The translations under genes were made by a program, and so were the position numbers. The notes below the pieces were generated by a model. It saw only the letters and a list, made by a program, of their open reading frames with translations, ran no database searches and was not told the origin of the DNA. From the NCBI GenBank assembly GCA_965198005.1, contig CBDAOI010000004.1, positions 2,240,001 through 2,304,000 of the forward strand: a stretch of 64,000 nucleotides of DNA, written 5' to 3'. Of this stretch, positions 41,058-54,300 are shown in pieces. The stretch comes from Spirochaetia bacterium. GTDB lineage: Bacteria; Spirochaetota; Spirochaetia; SZUA-6; Bin103. Every line of letters begins with the position of its first letter. Position 1 is the stretch's first letter.

Positions 41058-42176
41058 TCAGGGGTATCCCCCGAGCAGATTCTTCTTCCAGAGCTGTCCC
41101 GCAGAGAACTCGTCGAGCCATTGCCGATGGTCGGCAGAGTCGAGTTTGCGACACTCGGTGCGTCCGTCAATCAGGTCCAGCACGACAATCGTATCAAGCT
41201 CGAAAGCGTCGACCAGCAGCGGCGACTGCGTTGCGACGATCACCTGCCGATCTACGGCAACCTGCTTGATCATGGCTGCGATAAAGTCGATCGCGGACGG
41301 GTGAAGCCCCAGTTCAGGTTCGTCCAGCAACAGGATGTCGGGGAGCATATCGGCCGGGAGATTCAATAACGTGACCAGAGCAAAGAAGCGCAATGACCCG
41401 TCGGACGTAAGGTGTGCGCCGAACGTCTTGTCCGTACCTTTGGCTTTCCACCTCAGTGAGACCTTTCCGTACCGCTCGCTGATCCGAAAACGGTCGAATA
41501 CCGGCAATACACGACCTATTTGATAACAGATCAGGTCGAATCGCTTTCTATCGTCAAGCTCCAACGCGTGCAGAACGGCGGCCAGGTTGCCGCCATGTCC
41601 ACGGAGTGGGCAGATGTCGTCCGCGTCCCATTTCTGCTTCATGGGTGAGTGATCGGAGGTGTCATGGAATTGATACACTTCAACCCGCAGCATCATTCTC
41701 GCGATCGCCTTGGCCGACTCGCTGGCTTCGTCGCGCGACTGTTTCGCTTCCGGTATCTGCGCTTCCCGATGACCGCTTCCCAGATGATGCCAGTCTCGCT
41801 CAGCGTCGCTCGGGTCTTCGCCAAAGCGATATGCCTCTTCGGCGAACATGAAGCGGTCCGGTTGTGCGTGTTCGAGTGCGAATCGATAGTCCTTACGGCC
41901 TACTATGGTACGGAACGTCAGGGTTGCGTTCAGGCGCGGCGTGATCTTTGCCCCGCCGAACAGTTGATCGTCGGCGCCGCCATGACGTTCGACGAACTCG
42001 GCGAGCCCATGGGCGTGCAGCATCCGACTGATCATCTCGAAGAAGCGGATCAGATTGGACTTTCCCGAGCCGTTCGCTCCGATCAATACGGCGACGTCGG
42101 GAAGATCCTCGATCTCGACATCCGCGAGGGAGCGGAAGCCTCTGATTCGAAGGGATTCGAGCCTCCCCAAGCGCAT
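41058..42176 (-). CDS. ABC-like AAA_21 ATPase (defence/TA-associated type)
   Basis: IGANGSGKSN, SDGSLR, LLDEPELGLHP, ATQSP. Confidence 0.88.
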   Translation of the reverse strand: MRLGRLESLRIRGFRSLADVEIEDLPDVAVLIGANGSGKSNLIRFFEMISRMLHAHGLAEFVERHGGADDQLFGGAKITPRLNATLTFRTIVGRKDYRFALEHAQPDRFMFAEEAYRFGEDPSDAERDWHHLGSGHREAQIPEAKQSRDEASESAKAIARMMLRVEVYQFHDTSDHSPMKQKWDADDICPLRGHGGNLAAVLHALELDDRKRFDLICYQIGRVLPVFDRFRISERYGKVSLRWKAKGTDKTFGAHLTSDGSLRFFALVTLLNLPADMLPDILLLDEPELGLHPSAIDFIAAMIKQVAVDRQVIVATQSPLLVDAFELDTIVVLDLIDGRTECRKLDSADHRQWLDEFSAGQLWKKNLLGGYP

Positions 42177-42311
42177 TCAGCATGCTCCCGGCACAAGTAC
42201 GGCTCCGTTCCAGGTTGCAATAGCCATGAGCGCACGATAGCCCGGATCGCGCGGTGCAGTGAACCGCTTGGGGCGGCACTGGCCGCAACGCTGGCGGTGA
42301 CCCGCGGGCGG

Positions 42312-45300
42312 TTACCAGCGCAGGGAGCCGCCCAGGGTGACGCCGTGGCTGGGGGTGGCGCCGTCGGTTTCGCGGCGTTGGCCCTCGAGGCTGAGGCTGA
42401 ACGACGGTGCGACGGTGAAGCGGCTGCCTAGACGGTAGGCGCGGCTGCCCGCGTCCCCCAGCGCCAGGCCGGCGTAGGGAGTGACCAGTGCCGTGCCGCC
42501 GAAGGCGCTCAGGCCGTAGCCCAACTGCGCGTCGAAGCGGTGGGCAGGGGCCGCGGGATCGGCTACCGCCAGGTTCGCCGCGGCGCCCTGCGACCAGAGC
42601 CGTTGCACGCCGCTCGCGTTGCTCCCCAGCACAGAGTTGAGGGCCAGCGACAGGCCGAGCCCCGACGGGTCGGGGTTCAGCAGGAGGGAGCCGCCCGCGC
42701 CCCACTCCCGGGCGTCAAGGTCCTGATGCGCGAGCAGCACGCGCGCGTTGGCCGCCACCGTCAGGCCCCACGCCGGGTAGGCGTAGCGCAGGCGGCCGCC
42801 CAGCTCCGCGCCGAACCCGGTTTCCGCGTCGCCGAAGTCGTAGCGAACGCCGGTCTCCAGGACGGGCGTCAGCACGCCGCCGGGCCCGAAGTCCAGCTGG
42901 TAGGAACCCTCGGCCACCAGCCGCGCGCGATGCGCGTCCGCCTGCGCCGCCGATACGTCGCTCGCGTTGGTGCGCGTCAGAAAGCCGTCCGTCTTCACCG
43001 CCAGACCGAAGCGGTCGGTATCCGGCGCCGCGATCTCGGCGCGCGCGCCCAGTCCGGCCATCATCATCCTGATGTCGGTCGGGTCGCTCCGTTTGCGCTC
43101 CTGCATCGTCAACCCGCCGAGCCCGTAGCCGAGCACGCCCCAGGCCTGCACCTCGTCGGTCACGTGCACCCGCGCGTAGGGATGGGCGCTGATCATCCAG
43201 CTCCCCGCTCGGCCCGTGCGCGCTGCTGCTCCGGTTACGCTGTAGTCGGCTTCGCCGCCGGTGTAGGCCAGCGCCAGGCCGGCCAGCACGCGATCCCAAT
43301 CGTAGTCGACGCCGATGGTCGCGGTGCCGACCTCACCGCCCACGGATACGTCGCCAAGTCGTCGCGGCCCGCCAGTTCCGTCACCGCGCCGCGGCCCCAG
43401 ACCGTCCATGCCTCGCCGGGGGCGGACTCGTCCCCGCCCGCGGCCGCCGCCAGCAGGAACGAGCTGCCGCTCAGCAGGTCCTGGGGATCGAGAGTGCGGT
43501 ACGGGATCACGGCGTATGCCTGCGGCTCCACCCCTACAGCCGGGGTGGGCGCCGGCACCCGCCGACCGGCGACCGTGGCCTGCGAGGTCTGCCCGATCTG
43601 CCCGGTCAGCCGCTCCTCGATCGCGTCGGTGACGTGGGTGGCCACCGTGCGCCCGAAGCGCGCCAGCCACGCCTTCGCCACCGGCGCATCGTCGTCGATG
43701 ATCTTGCCGGTGGCTCGCAGCTTGCTCCCGGCCGCGGCCGATCCGTCCAGCTCGACTGTGAAGGTCTCGGTGTTCTCGGGCAGCGCGTCGTTCACCACCT
43801 CAATCGTGATCACCCCGGTGGTCTGCCCTGCTGGCACGGTCAGGACCCCATCTACTGCGGCTTTGTAGTCCTCCGGCGCCGTGGCCGAGCCTTCCTGGGT
43901 GCGATACGTTACCTCCGCCGGCATCATGCCTGGGCGGACCAAGGTCACCTGGAACTCGATTACGCCGGCGCTCTCACTGACGGTGACGGTCTTGTCCGTG
44001 AATGTGGGTTCGAAGTCGTTGTCCATCATCATCGCGGTGGCGCTTTCGACATCGACGGTATAGTCGGTGCCGCCCATGATCTTGGCCGTCACCGTGCCGT
44101 CGGGTTCGTCGATGTCGTCATCCACCGTCTCGACGATCAGCGTCGCCGTGTCCGAATGCGGCGGGAACTCCAAGTGGACCACTCTCGGCGACTCCCCTTT
44201 GAGGAATTGGCCGATCTCGCTGACTTCCACCTCTACCATGAGCGGTCGGCTTGGATTGTTGCGGCCGCTTACGGTCACGTTGAACCCTACGCTCTCGCCT
44301 TCTACGAAGCCACTACTCCCGTCCCCCGTAACGTTGGCGTTGCCGCCGTTTCCGTTGCCGCGGTCGACGCCGATGCTCACGGAGGGCAGGTCGACGATGG
44401 TGACGGTGAGCGACGGTAGCGTCAGGCCGGCGTAGTCGGCGTCGGCCTGGTGGCTGATGGTGACCTGGGAGTCGGCCCGCGCGTTGGCGTCGGCGGTGAC
44501 CTCGATGGACTGCTGCGTGACCCAGTTGTCTGGCGTGAACGTCAGGGTCTGCGGCGACGTCGATACGTATGCGTTGCTGCGACTCAAGGTGATGGTCACG
44601 TCGCCGGTCGGTTCGGTGTTCAGACGCACCGTGTAGTCGGCGCTGCGGCCCTGCACCACCTCCAGCTCGGTCTCCGACAGCGTCACGCCGGGGACGTCAT
44701 CATCCTCGATCGTCCCCGTGGCGGTGGCGTCGGCCTCGTTCAGCACCACGCCGTCCGGCAGGCTGTCGGCGCTCAGCGTGACCGCGAAGTACTCGGTCGT
44801 CTCCGCTACCGCGTCCTCCAGGGTGGTCACCGTGAGGGTCCGGGTCAGCGGGTCGCCGAGACTGAAGGTCAGCGTGCCCGTTCTCTACCTTGGTGTAGTC
44901 CTCTCCCGCCAGCGCGGTGTCGTCCGCGGTGGCCCAGTCCAGCTCCACGTCCGCCGCCACCGCGCCGGACAGCGTCACGGTGAAGGTCACGTCGTCGCCC
45001 TCGGATGCCGCCGCCCCAGCCGCGACCGCCAGCGTGACCTCATCGGTGTCGTTGATCGTGGTCGTGGCAGGCGTGGCATCCACCTGCACGCCGCCGGCGG
45101 TGGTGGTCCCGGTGTCGAGCGTCACCGCCAGGGTCTCGCCCGGATCCAGCACGTCGTCGTCGGCTTTGGTCGCAACCGTGATCGATCCGCTCGCAACTCC
45201 CGCGCTGATCGTGAGCTCGCCGCTCGGGGCCGTATAGTCGGTGCCCGCGGTCGCCGTACCGCCGACCGTATAGCCCAGCACTACGGCTGCCGTGGTCGTG

Positions 45301-48300
45301 CCGCCGGTCAGGGTCACCGTGAAAGTCGCGGGGTCGCCCTCCGCTACCGTCGGGGCGTCGGCCTCGACCGCAGCCAGCACGTCGTCGTCCGTGATCGTGA
45401 GCGTCTGTGCGTCCGGCGCCGCCACCTCGACGTCGTCGCTGGGCGTGCCGGTCACCGTTACGCTCTTGTCGGCCTCGTCGACGGTATTGTCCACCGCCGT
45501 GATGGTCACCGCGCCGGTGCTCTGCGTGGCGTTCGCGGCGAAGGTCAGCGTCGCGTTCTCGCTGAGCGTGAAGTCTCCCGCCTGCGCCGGGGTCACCGCC
45601 GCCGCCGCCACCGTTACCTCGAACGGCAGCACCGACGCCGGCTCCACCGTCGCCGTTACCGTGCTCTCGCCGTTTTCGGCGATCTCGTCCGGAGTCAGCA
45701 CCAGCGTCACGACCGGGACGTCGGGAGTGGCGCCGAGGCCGGACCGGGACCAGCCGCTGGAGCCCTCGGCGTTGTTCGCCTGCACCTGCACCTCGTACGC
45801 GGTGTCGGTGTTCAGACTCATGATGACTACCTCGGTCGCCGCGAGATCGTCGTCGAGCGTCACCTCAGTCCAGGTGCCGGAGGGAGGCACCTGCAGCTTG
45901 CGGTAGCGGTAGTCGTAGTCGGTGACGTCCGGCCGCCCGTCGTTCGCCGGAGCGTCCCAGGTTGCGCGCAGGCGGGTCGGTGAGGCCGCGGCGACGGTGG
46001 GCGCGTCCGGCTTGGCAGGCGGCTCGTCCGCGTTCTCTACGGTTATCGTGATGGTCTGCTTCGCGGTCTTCTCGCGCTCGTCGGTGCCGCTGATCGCCAT
46101 CACCACGACCACGTACTGGTTGTTGCGCGCGGCATTGGGCGGAATGCTGCTGAGCTCGTCCAGCGGCGCCTCGAAGTTCGGCGCGGCGTTGAAGGTCAGC
46201 ACGCCGGAATTCGCAATCGAGAAATGCTTCATGTCGACGCCGCCGGCGATCGCGTAGCCCTGGATGGGATCGGCCGGCTGGTTGCTGTCGGTGAGGTCGT
46301 CGTCGACCGCGACCACTTGGCCGGCCGTGGTGCCGTTCTCCACGATTTCGAACGCGGCCGCACTGGTGAACCGCGGCGCCGCGTTGGGGCCGGTCTCGCC
46401 AATGCCCGGCTCCGACCAATCCCCGTCGCCTTCATCGTTGTTGGCGCGCACCTGCACTTCGTACTCGGTATTCTCCTGCAGATTGGTGATGGTCACCTCG
46501 GTCTGCGTGTTCAGGTGGTCGGTGAACGTCGCCCACGCGCCCCGTGGCGTCTTGACCCGGTACTGGTAGTCGTAGTCGGTGATCTCCGGCCCGGCGTTCG
46601 CCGGCGCCACCCAGTGCACCCGTACGCTGGTGAGCGACACCGTTTCCACCTCCGGCGCCGCCGGCGTGCCGGGCTGCTCCTCGTCGTCGTCGGTCACCGT
46701 CACCGTGAGCGTCTGCTCGGCCCGCTTCAGCCGCTCGCCCGTGCCGCTGCTCACCTCCACCACCACCAGGTACTCGTTGTTGCCCGCAGCATTCGCCGGA
46801 TCAGTGCTCTCAACGTCCTGCGCGTCCTCGAAGTTCGGCGCCGCCTGGAACGTCAGCGCGCCCGTGCCCGCGTCGATCCCGAACCGCAACCGGTCCGCTC
46901 CGCCGGTCACCGCGTAGCTCTCGATGCTGTCGTCGTCGTCGCTCGCCGTCCACCGTCACCACCGCAGTCGTGTTCTCCGCCACCTCGACCGCCGCCACGC
47001 TGGTGATCGCCGGCGCCGCGTTCGCGCTGGTCTCGCCATCCCCCGAATCCGACCACGCGCCGGTGCCCTCGTCGCTCTCCGCCCGTACCTGCACCTCGTA
47101 CTCGGTGTCTTCCGCCAAATCCGGGATCGTCACCTCGGTCGCCGTGGACGTCGCGTCGTCCACCACCGTCCAGTCGCCCGACCGCGGGTCCTTCAACTCA
47201 CGGTACTGGTAGTCGTAGTCCTCGATCACCGGCCCCGCGTTGTCCGGCGCGCTCCACACCACCTTCAGCTTGCTCACCGACACCGTCGTCACCGTCGGCG
47301 CCGCCGGCGTGCCCGGCTGCTCCTCGTCGTCGTCGGTGACCGTCACCGTGAGCGTCTGCTCGGCCCGCTTCAGCCGCTCGCCCCTGCCGCTGCTCACCTC
47401 CACCACCACCAGGTACTCGTTGTTGCCCGCAGCATTCGCCGGATCAGTGCTCTCAACGTCCTGCGCGTCCTCGAAGTTCGGCGCCGCCTTGAACGTCAAA
47501 GCTCCCGTGCCCGCGTCGATCCCGAACCGCAACCGGTCCGCTCCGCCGGTCACCGCGTAGCTCTCGAGGCTGTCGTCCGTGTCCTCCGCCTCCACCGTCA
47601 GCACCGCAGTCGTGTTCTCCGCCACCTCGACCGCCGCCACGCTGGTGATCGCCGGCGCCGCGTTCGCGCTGGTCTCGCCATCCCCCGAATCCGACCACGC
47701 GCCGGTGCCCTCGTCACTCTCCGCTCGTACCTGCACCTCGTACTCGGTGTCTTCCGCCAAATCCGCGATCGTCACCTCGGTCGCCGTGGACGTCGCGTCG
47801 TCCACCACCGTCCAGTCGCCCGACCGCGGGTCCTTCAACTCCCGGTACTGGTAGTCGTAGTCCTCGATCACCGGCCCCGCGTTGTCCGGCGCGCTCCACA
47901 CCACCTTCAGCTTGCTCACCGACACCGTCGTCACCGTCGGCGCCGCCGGCGTGCCGGGCTGCTCCGTATCGTCGTCGGTGACCGTCACCGTGAGCGTCTG
48001 CTCGGCCCGCTTCAGCCGCTCGCCCGTGCCGCTGCTCACCTCCACCACCACCAGGTACTCGTTGTTGCCCGCAGCATTCGCCGGATCAGTGCTCTCAACG
48101 TCCTGCGCGTCCTCGAAGTTCGGCGCCGCCTTGAACGTCAGCGCGCCCGTGCCCGCGTCGATCCCGAACCGCAACCGGTCCGCTCCGCCGCTCACCGCGT
48201 AGCTCTCGAGGCTGTCGTCGTCGTCGCTCGCCGTCACCGTCAGCACCGCAGTCGTGTTCTCCGCCACCTCGACCGCCGCCACGCTGGTGATCGCCGGCGC

Positions 48301-51300
48301 CGCGTTCGCGCTGGTCTCGCCATCCCCCGAATCCGACCACGCGCCGCTGCCCTCGTCACTCTCCGCTCGTACCTGCACCTCGTACTCGGCGTCTTCCGCC
48401 AAATCCGCGATCGTCACCTCGGTCGCCGTCGACGTCGCGTCGTCCACCACCGTCCAGTCGCCCGACCGCGGGTCCTTCAACTCCCGGTACTGGTAGTCGT
48501 AGTCCTCGATCACCGGCCCCGCGTTGTCCGGCGCGCTCCACACCACCTTCAGCTTGCTCACCGACACCGTCGTCACCGTCGGCGCCGCCGGCGTGCCGGG
48601 CTGCTCCGTATCGTCGTCGGTGACCGTCACCGTGAGCGTCTGCTCGGCCCGCTTCAGCCGCTCGCCCGTGCCGCTGCTCACCTCCACCACCACCAGGTAC
48701 TCGTTGTTCCCAGCAGCATTCGCCGGATCAGCGCTCAACTCGTCCTGCGCGTCCTCGAAGTTCGGCGCCGCCTTGAACGTCAGCGCGCCCGTGCCCGCGT
48801 CGATCCCGAACCGCAACCGGTCCGCTCCGCCGCTCACCGCGTAGCTCTCGAGGCTGTCGTCGTCGTCGCTCGCCGTCACCGTCAGCACCGCAGTCGTGTT
48901 CTCCGCCACCTCGACCGCCGCCACGCTGGTGATCGCCGGCGCCGCGTTCGCGCTGGTCTCGCCATCCCCCGAATCCGACCACGCGCCGGTGCCCTCGTCA
49001 CTCTCCGCTCGTACCTGCACCTCGTACTCGGTGTCTTCCGCCAAATCCGCGATCGTCACCTCGGTCGCCGTCGACGTCGCGTCGTCCACCACCGTCCAGT
49101 CGCCCGACCGCGGGTCCTTCAACTCCCGGTACTGGTAGTCGTAGTCCTCGATCACCGGCCCCGCGTTGTCCGGCGCGCTCCACACCACCTTCAGCTTGCT
49201 CACCGACACCGTCGTCACCGTCGGCGCCGCCGGCGTGCCCGGCTGCTCCGTATCGTCGTCGGTGACCGTCACCGTGAGCGTCTGCTCGGCCCGCTTCAGC
49301 CGCTCGCCCGTGCCGCTGCTCACCTCCACCACCACCAGGTACTCGTTGTTGCCCAGCAGCATTCACCGGATCAGTGCTCTCAACGTCCTGCGCGTCCTCG
49401 AAGTTCGGCGCCGCCTTGAACGTCAGCGCGCCCGTGCCCGCGTCGATCCCGAACCGCAACCGGTCCGCTCCGCCGCTCACCGCGTAGCTCTCGAGGCTGT
49501 CGTCGTCGTCGCTCGCCGTCACCGTCAGCACCGCAGTCGTGTTCTCCGCCACCTCGACCGCCGCCACGCTGGTGATCGCCGGCGCCGCGTTCGCGCTGGT
49601 CTCGCCATCCCCCGAATCCGACCACGCGCCGGTGCCCTCGTCACTCTCCGCTCGTACCTGCACCTCGTACTCGGTGTCTTCCGCCAAATCCGGGATCGTC
49701 ACCTCGGTCGCCGTGGACGTCGCATCGTCCACCACCGTCCAGTCGCCCGACCGCGGGTCCTTCAACTCCCGGTACTGGTAGTCGTAGTCCTCGATCACCG
49801 GCCCCGCGTTGTCCGGCGCGCTCCACACCACCTTCAGCTTGCTCACCGACACCGTCGTCACCGTCGGCGCCGCCGGCGTGCCCGGCTGCTCCTCGTCGTC
49901 GTCGGTGACCGTCACCGTGAGCGTCTGCTCGGCCCGCTTCAGCCGCTCGCCCCTGCCGCTGCTCACCTCCACCACCACCAGGTACTCGTTGTTGCCCGCA
50001 GCATTCACCGGATCAGTGCTCTCAACGTCCTGCGCGTCCTCGAAGTTCGGCGCCGCCTTGAAGGTCAGCGCCCCCGTGCCCGCGTCGATCCCGAACCGCA
50101 ACCGTCCGCTCCGCCGGTCACCGCGTAGCTCTCGATGCTGTCGTCGTCGTCGCTCGCCGTCACCGTCACCACCGCAGTCGTGTTCTCCGCCACCTCGACC
50201 GCCGCCACGCTGGTGATCGCCGGCGCCGCGTTCGCGCTGGTCTCGCCATCCCCCGAATCCGACCACGCGCCGGTGCCCTCGTCGCTCTCCGCCCGTACCT
50301 GCACCTCGTACTCGGTGTCTTCCGCCAAATCCGGGATCGTCACCTCGGTCGCCGTGGACGTCGCATCGTCCACCACCGTCCAGTCGCCCGACCGCGGGTC
50401 CTTCAACTCACGGTACTGGTAGTCGTAGTCCTCGATCACCGGCCCCGCGTTCTCCGGCGCGCTCCACACCACCTTCAGCTTGCTCACCGACACCGTCGTC
50501 ACCGTCGGCGCCGCCGGCGTGCCCGGCTGCTCCTCGTCGTCGTCGGTGACCGTCACCGTGAGCGTCTGCTCGGCCCGCTTCAGCCGCTCGCCCCTGCCGC
50601 TGCTCACCTCCACCACCACCAGGTACTCGTTGTTGCCCGCAGCATTCACCGGATCACTGCTCTCAACGTCCTGCGCGTCCTCGAAGTTCGGCGCCGCCTT
50701 GAACGTCAGCGCCCCCGTGCCCGCGTCGATCCCGAACCGCAACCGGTCCGCTCCGCCGGTCACCGCGTAGCTCTCGAGGCTGTCGTCGTCGTCGCTCGCC
50801 GTCACCGTCAGCACCGCAGTCGTGTTCTCCGCCACCTCGACCGCCGCCACGCTGGTGATCGCCGGCGCCGCGTTCGCGCTGGTCTCGCCATCCCCCGAAT
50901 CCGACCACGCGCCGGTGCCCTCGTCGCTCTCCGCTCGTACCTGCACCTCGTACTCGGTGTCTTCCGCCAAATCCGCGATCGTCACCTCGGTCGCCGTGGA
51001 CGTCGCGTCGTCCACCACCGTCCAGTCGCCCGACCGCGGGTCCTTCAACTCCCGGTACTGGTAGTCGTAGTCCTCGATCACCGGCCCCGCGTTGTCCGGC
51101 GCGCTCCACACCACCTTCAGCTTGCTCACCGACACCGTCGTCACCGTCGGCGCCGCCGGCGTGCCGGGCTGCTCCTCGTCGTCGTCGGTCACCGTCACCG
51201 TGAGCGTCTGCTCGGCCCGCTTCAGCCGCTCGCCCCTGCCGCTGCTCACCTCCACCACCACCAGGTACTCGTTGTTGCCCGCAGCATTCACTCGTTGTTG

Positions 51301-54300
51301 CCCCGGATCAGTGCTCTCAACGTCCTGCGCGTCCTCGAAGTTCGGCGCCGCCTGGAACGTCAAAGCGCCCGTGCCCGCGTCGATCCCGAACCGCAACCGG
51401 TCCGCTCCGCCGCTCACCGCGTAGCTCTCGAGGCTGTCGTCGTCGTCGCTCGCCGTCACCGTCAGCACCGCGGTCGTGTTCTCCGCCACCTCGACCGCCG
51501 CCACGCTGGTGATCGCCGGCGCCGCGTTCGCGCTGGTCTCGCCATCCCCCGAATCCGACCACGCGCCGGTGCCCTCGTCGCTCTCCGCCCGTACCTGCAC
51601 CTCGTATTCGGTGTCTTCCGCCAAATCCGGGATCGTCACCTCGGTCGCCGTGGACGTCGCGTCGTCCACCACCGTCCAGTCGCCCGACCGCGGGTCCTTC
51701 AACTCACGGTACTGGTAGTCGTAGTCCTCGATCGCCGGCCCCGCGTTGTCCGGCGCGCTCCACACCACCTTCAGCTTGCTCACCGACACCGTCGTCACCG
51801 TCGGCGCCGCCGGCGTGCCCGGCTGCTCCTCGTCGTCGTCGGTCACCGTCACCGTGAGCGTCTGCTCGGCTCGCTTCAGCCGCTCGCCCCTGCCGCTGCT
51901 CACCTCCACCACCACCAGGTACTCGTTGTTGCCCGCAGCATTCACCGGATCACTGCTCTCAACGTCCTGCGCGTCCTCGAAGTTCGGCGCCGCCTGGAAC
52001 GTCAAAGCTCCCGTGCCCGCGTCGATCCCGAACCGCAACCGGTCCGCTCCGCCGGTCACCGCATAGCTCTCGATGCTGTCGTCCGTGTCCTCCGCCTCCA
52101 CCGTCAGCACCGCAGTCGTGTTCTCCGCCACCTCGACCGCCGCCACGCTGGTGATCGCCGGCGCCGCGTTCGCGCTGGTCTCGCCATCCCCCGAATCCGA
52201 CCACGCGCCGCTGCCCTCGTCACTCTCCGCTCGTACCTGCACCTCGTATTCGGTGTCTTCCGCCAAATCCGCGATCGTCACCTCGGTCGCCGTCGACGTC
52301 GCGTCGTCCACCACCGTCCAGTCGCCCGACCGCGGGTCCTTCAACTCCCGGTACTGATAGTCGTAGTCCTCGATCACCGGCCCCGCGTTGTCCGGCGCGC
52401 TCCATACCACCTTCAGCTTGCTCACCGACTCCGTCGTCACCGTCGGCGCTGCCGGCGTGCCGGGCTGCTCCCCGCCAACGTCCGTCACCGTCACCGTGAG
52501 CGCCTGCTCGGCTCGCTTCAGCCGCTCGCCCGTGCCGCTGGTCACCTCCACCACCACCAGGTACTCGTTGTTCCCAGCAGCGTTCGCCGGGTCCGTGCTC
52601 TCAACGTCCTGCGCGTCCTCGAAGTTCGGCGCCGCCTTGAAGGTCAGCGCGCCCGTGCCCGCGTCGATCCCGAACCGCAGCTCGTCCGCTCCGCCGGTCA
52701 CCGCGTAGCTCTCGATGCTGTCGTCCGCGTCCTCCGCCTCCACCGTCACCACCGCAGTCGTGTTCTCCGCCACCTCGACCGCCGCCACGCTGGTGATCGC
52801 CGGCACCGCGTTCGCGCTGGTCTCGCCATCCCCCGAATCCGACCACGCGCCGCTGCCCTCGTCGCTCTCCGCACGTACCTGCACCTCGTACTCGGTGTCT
52901 TCCGCCAAATCCGCGATCGTCACCTCGGTCGCCGTGGACGTCGCGTCGTCCACCACCGTCCAGTCGCCCGACCGCGGGTCCTTCAACTCCCGGTACTGGT
53001 AGTCGTAGTCCTCGATCACCGGCCCCGCGTTGTCCGGCGCGCTCCACACCACCTTCAGCTTGCTCACCGTCACCGTCGTCACCGTCGGCGCTGCCGGCGT
53101 GCCGGGCTGCTCCGTATCGTCGTCGGTGACCGTCACCGTGAGCGTCTGCTCGGCCCGCTTCAGCCGCTCGCCCGTGCCGCTGCTCACCTCCACCACCACC
53201 AGGTACTCGTTGTTGCCAGCAGCGTTCGCCGGATCACTGCTCTCAACGTCCTGCGCGTCCTCGAAGTTCGGCGCCGCCTTGAACGTCAGCGCGCCCGTGC
53301 CCGCGTCGATCCCGAATCGCAACCGGTCCGCTCCGCCGCTCACCGCGTAGCTCTCGAGGCTGTCTTGGGCGTTGTCGTCGGTGGCGGCGACGGTCAGCAC
53401 CGCGGTCGTGTTCTCCGCCACTTGCGGATCGTTGGCGGTGGTAAACCTCGGGGCGGTGTTCACCGCCGGGGTCGCGCTGTCCTCGGCGGCCGCTCCCGGT
53501 CCGGCGTCACTTACGGCCCGCAATGTGAACGTGTACTCGGTGCCGTTGGTCAGATTGGATACCGTGACCGTGGTGGCGGATTCCTCACCGGGAACGGCGG
53601 TCCAGGTCGCGGGATAGTCGTCGGTACCACTCTTGGAACGGTATTCGTAACCGGTAACCGGGTGAGTGCCGGTGGTCGGGGCCGTCCAGGTGAGCGTCAC
53701 CTTGGTGTCGCCAGCCACCGCAGTCAAGCCCGGGGCACCCGGCACTTCGTCGTTGTCGGTGATCGTGATGGTCTGCTGCGTGCCCACGTCGCTGCCGTCG
53801 TGGGTCGCCGTGACCAGGATCGTCTCATCGTCGTCATCGTCGTCATCGTTCACGGGGCTCACCGTCGCGGTTACCGAGTGTTCACTCAAGCCAAGGGTCA
53901 GCGACTCCAGCGATACGGTATAGTCGGTCCCCTTCACCGCGGTGCCGTCGAAGGAAAGGGTGATGGTCTGATCGTCGGCGAAGGTGGTCGTGCCGGTGCT
54001 AACGGTGATCATGGCCGCGGCGGTGGTGTCGGCCTCGGCGATCGTGGCCGGGCTGACGGTCAGGCTGAGCTGCGGCGCCGCGTCGTCGTCGGTGATCCTC
54101 AGCGTGGCGCCGGAAGCACGCAAGGACGCTCCAACGACTTCGCCCGCTACCGTCACCGTCTTGTGGGGCGCGTCCACATCGTTGTCGTTCGCGGTGATGG
54201 TCACGGCGCCGCTGCTCTCGGTGGCGTTGGCGACGAAGGTCAGCACCGGGTTCGCGCCCAGCGTGAAGTCGCCGTCCACTGCCGGAGCGTCCGGCGCGGC

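Noticed and set aside
51290-51302. 12-bp insertion (GQQRV) in one adhesin repeat
   Set aside because: Local duplication of adjacent sequence inside a hard-to-assemble array; may be an artefact
46655-53420. CRISPR array
   Set aside because: Units are 642-bp coding repeats without unique spacers; no cas genes seen
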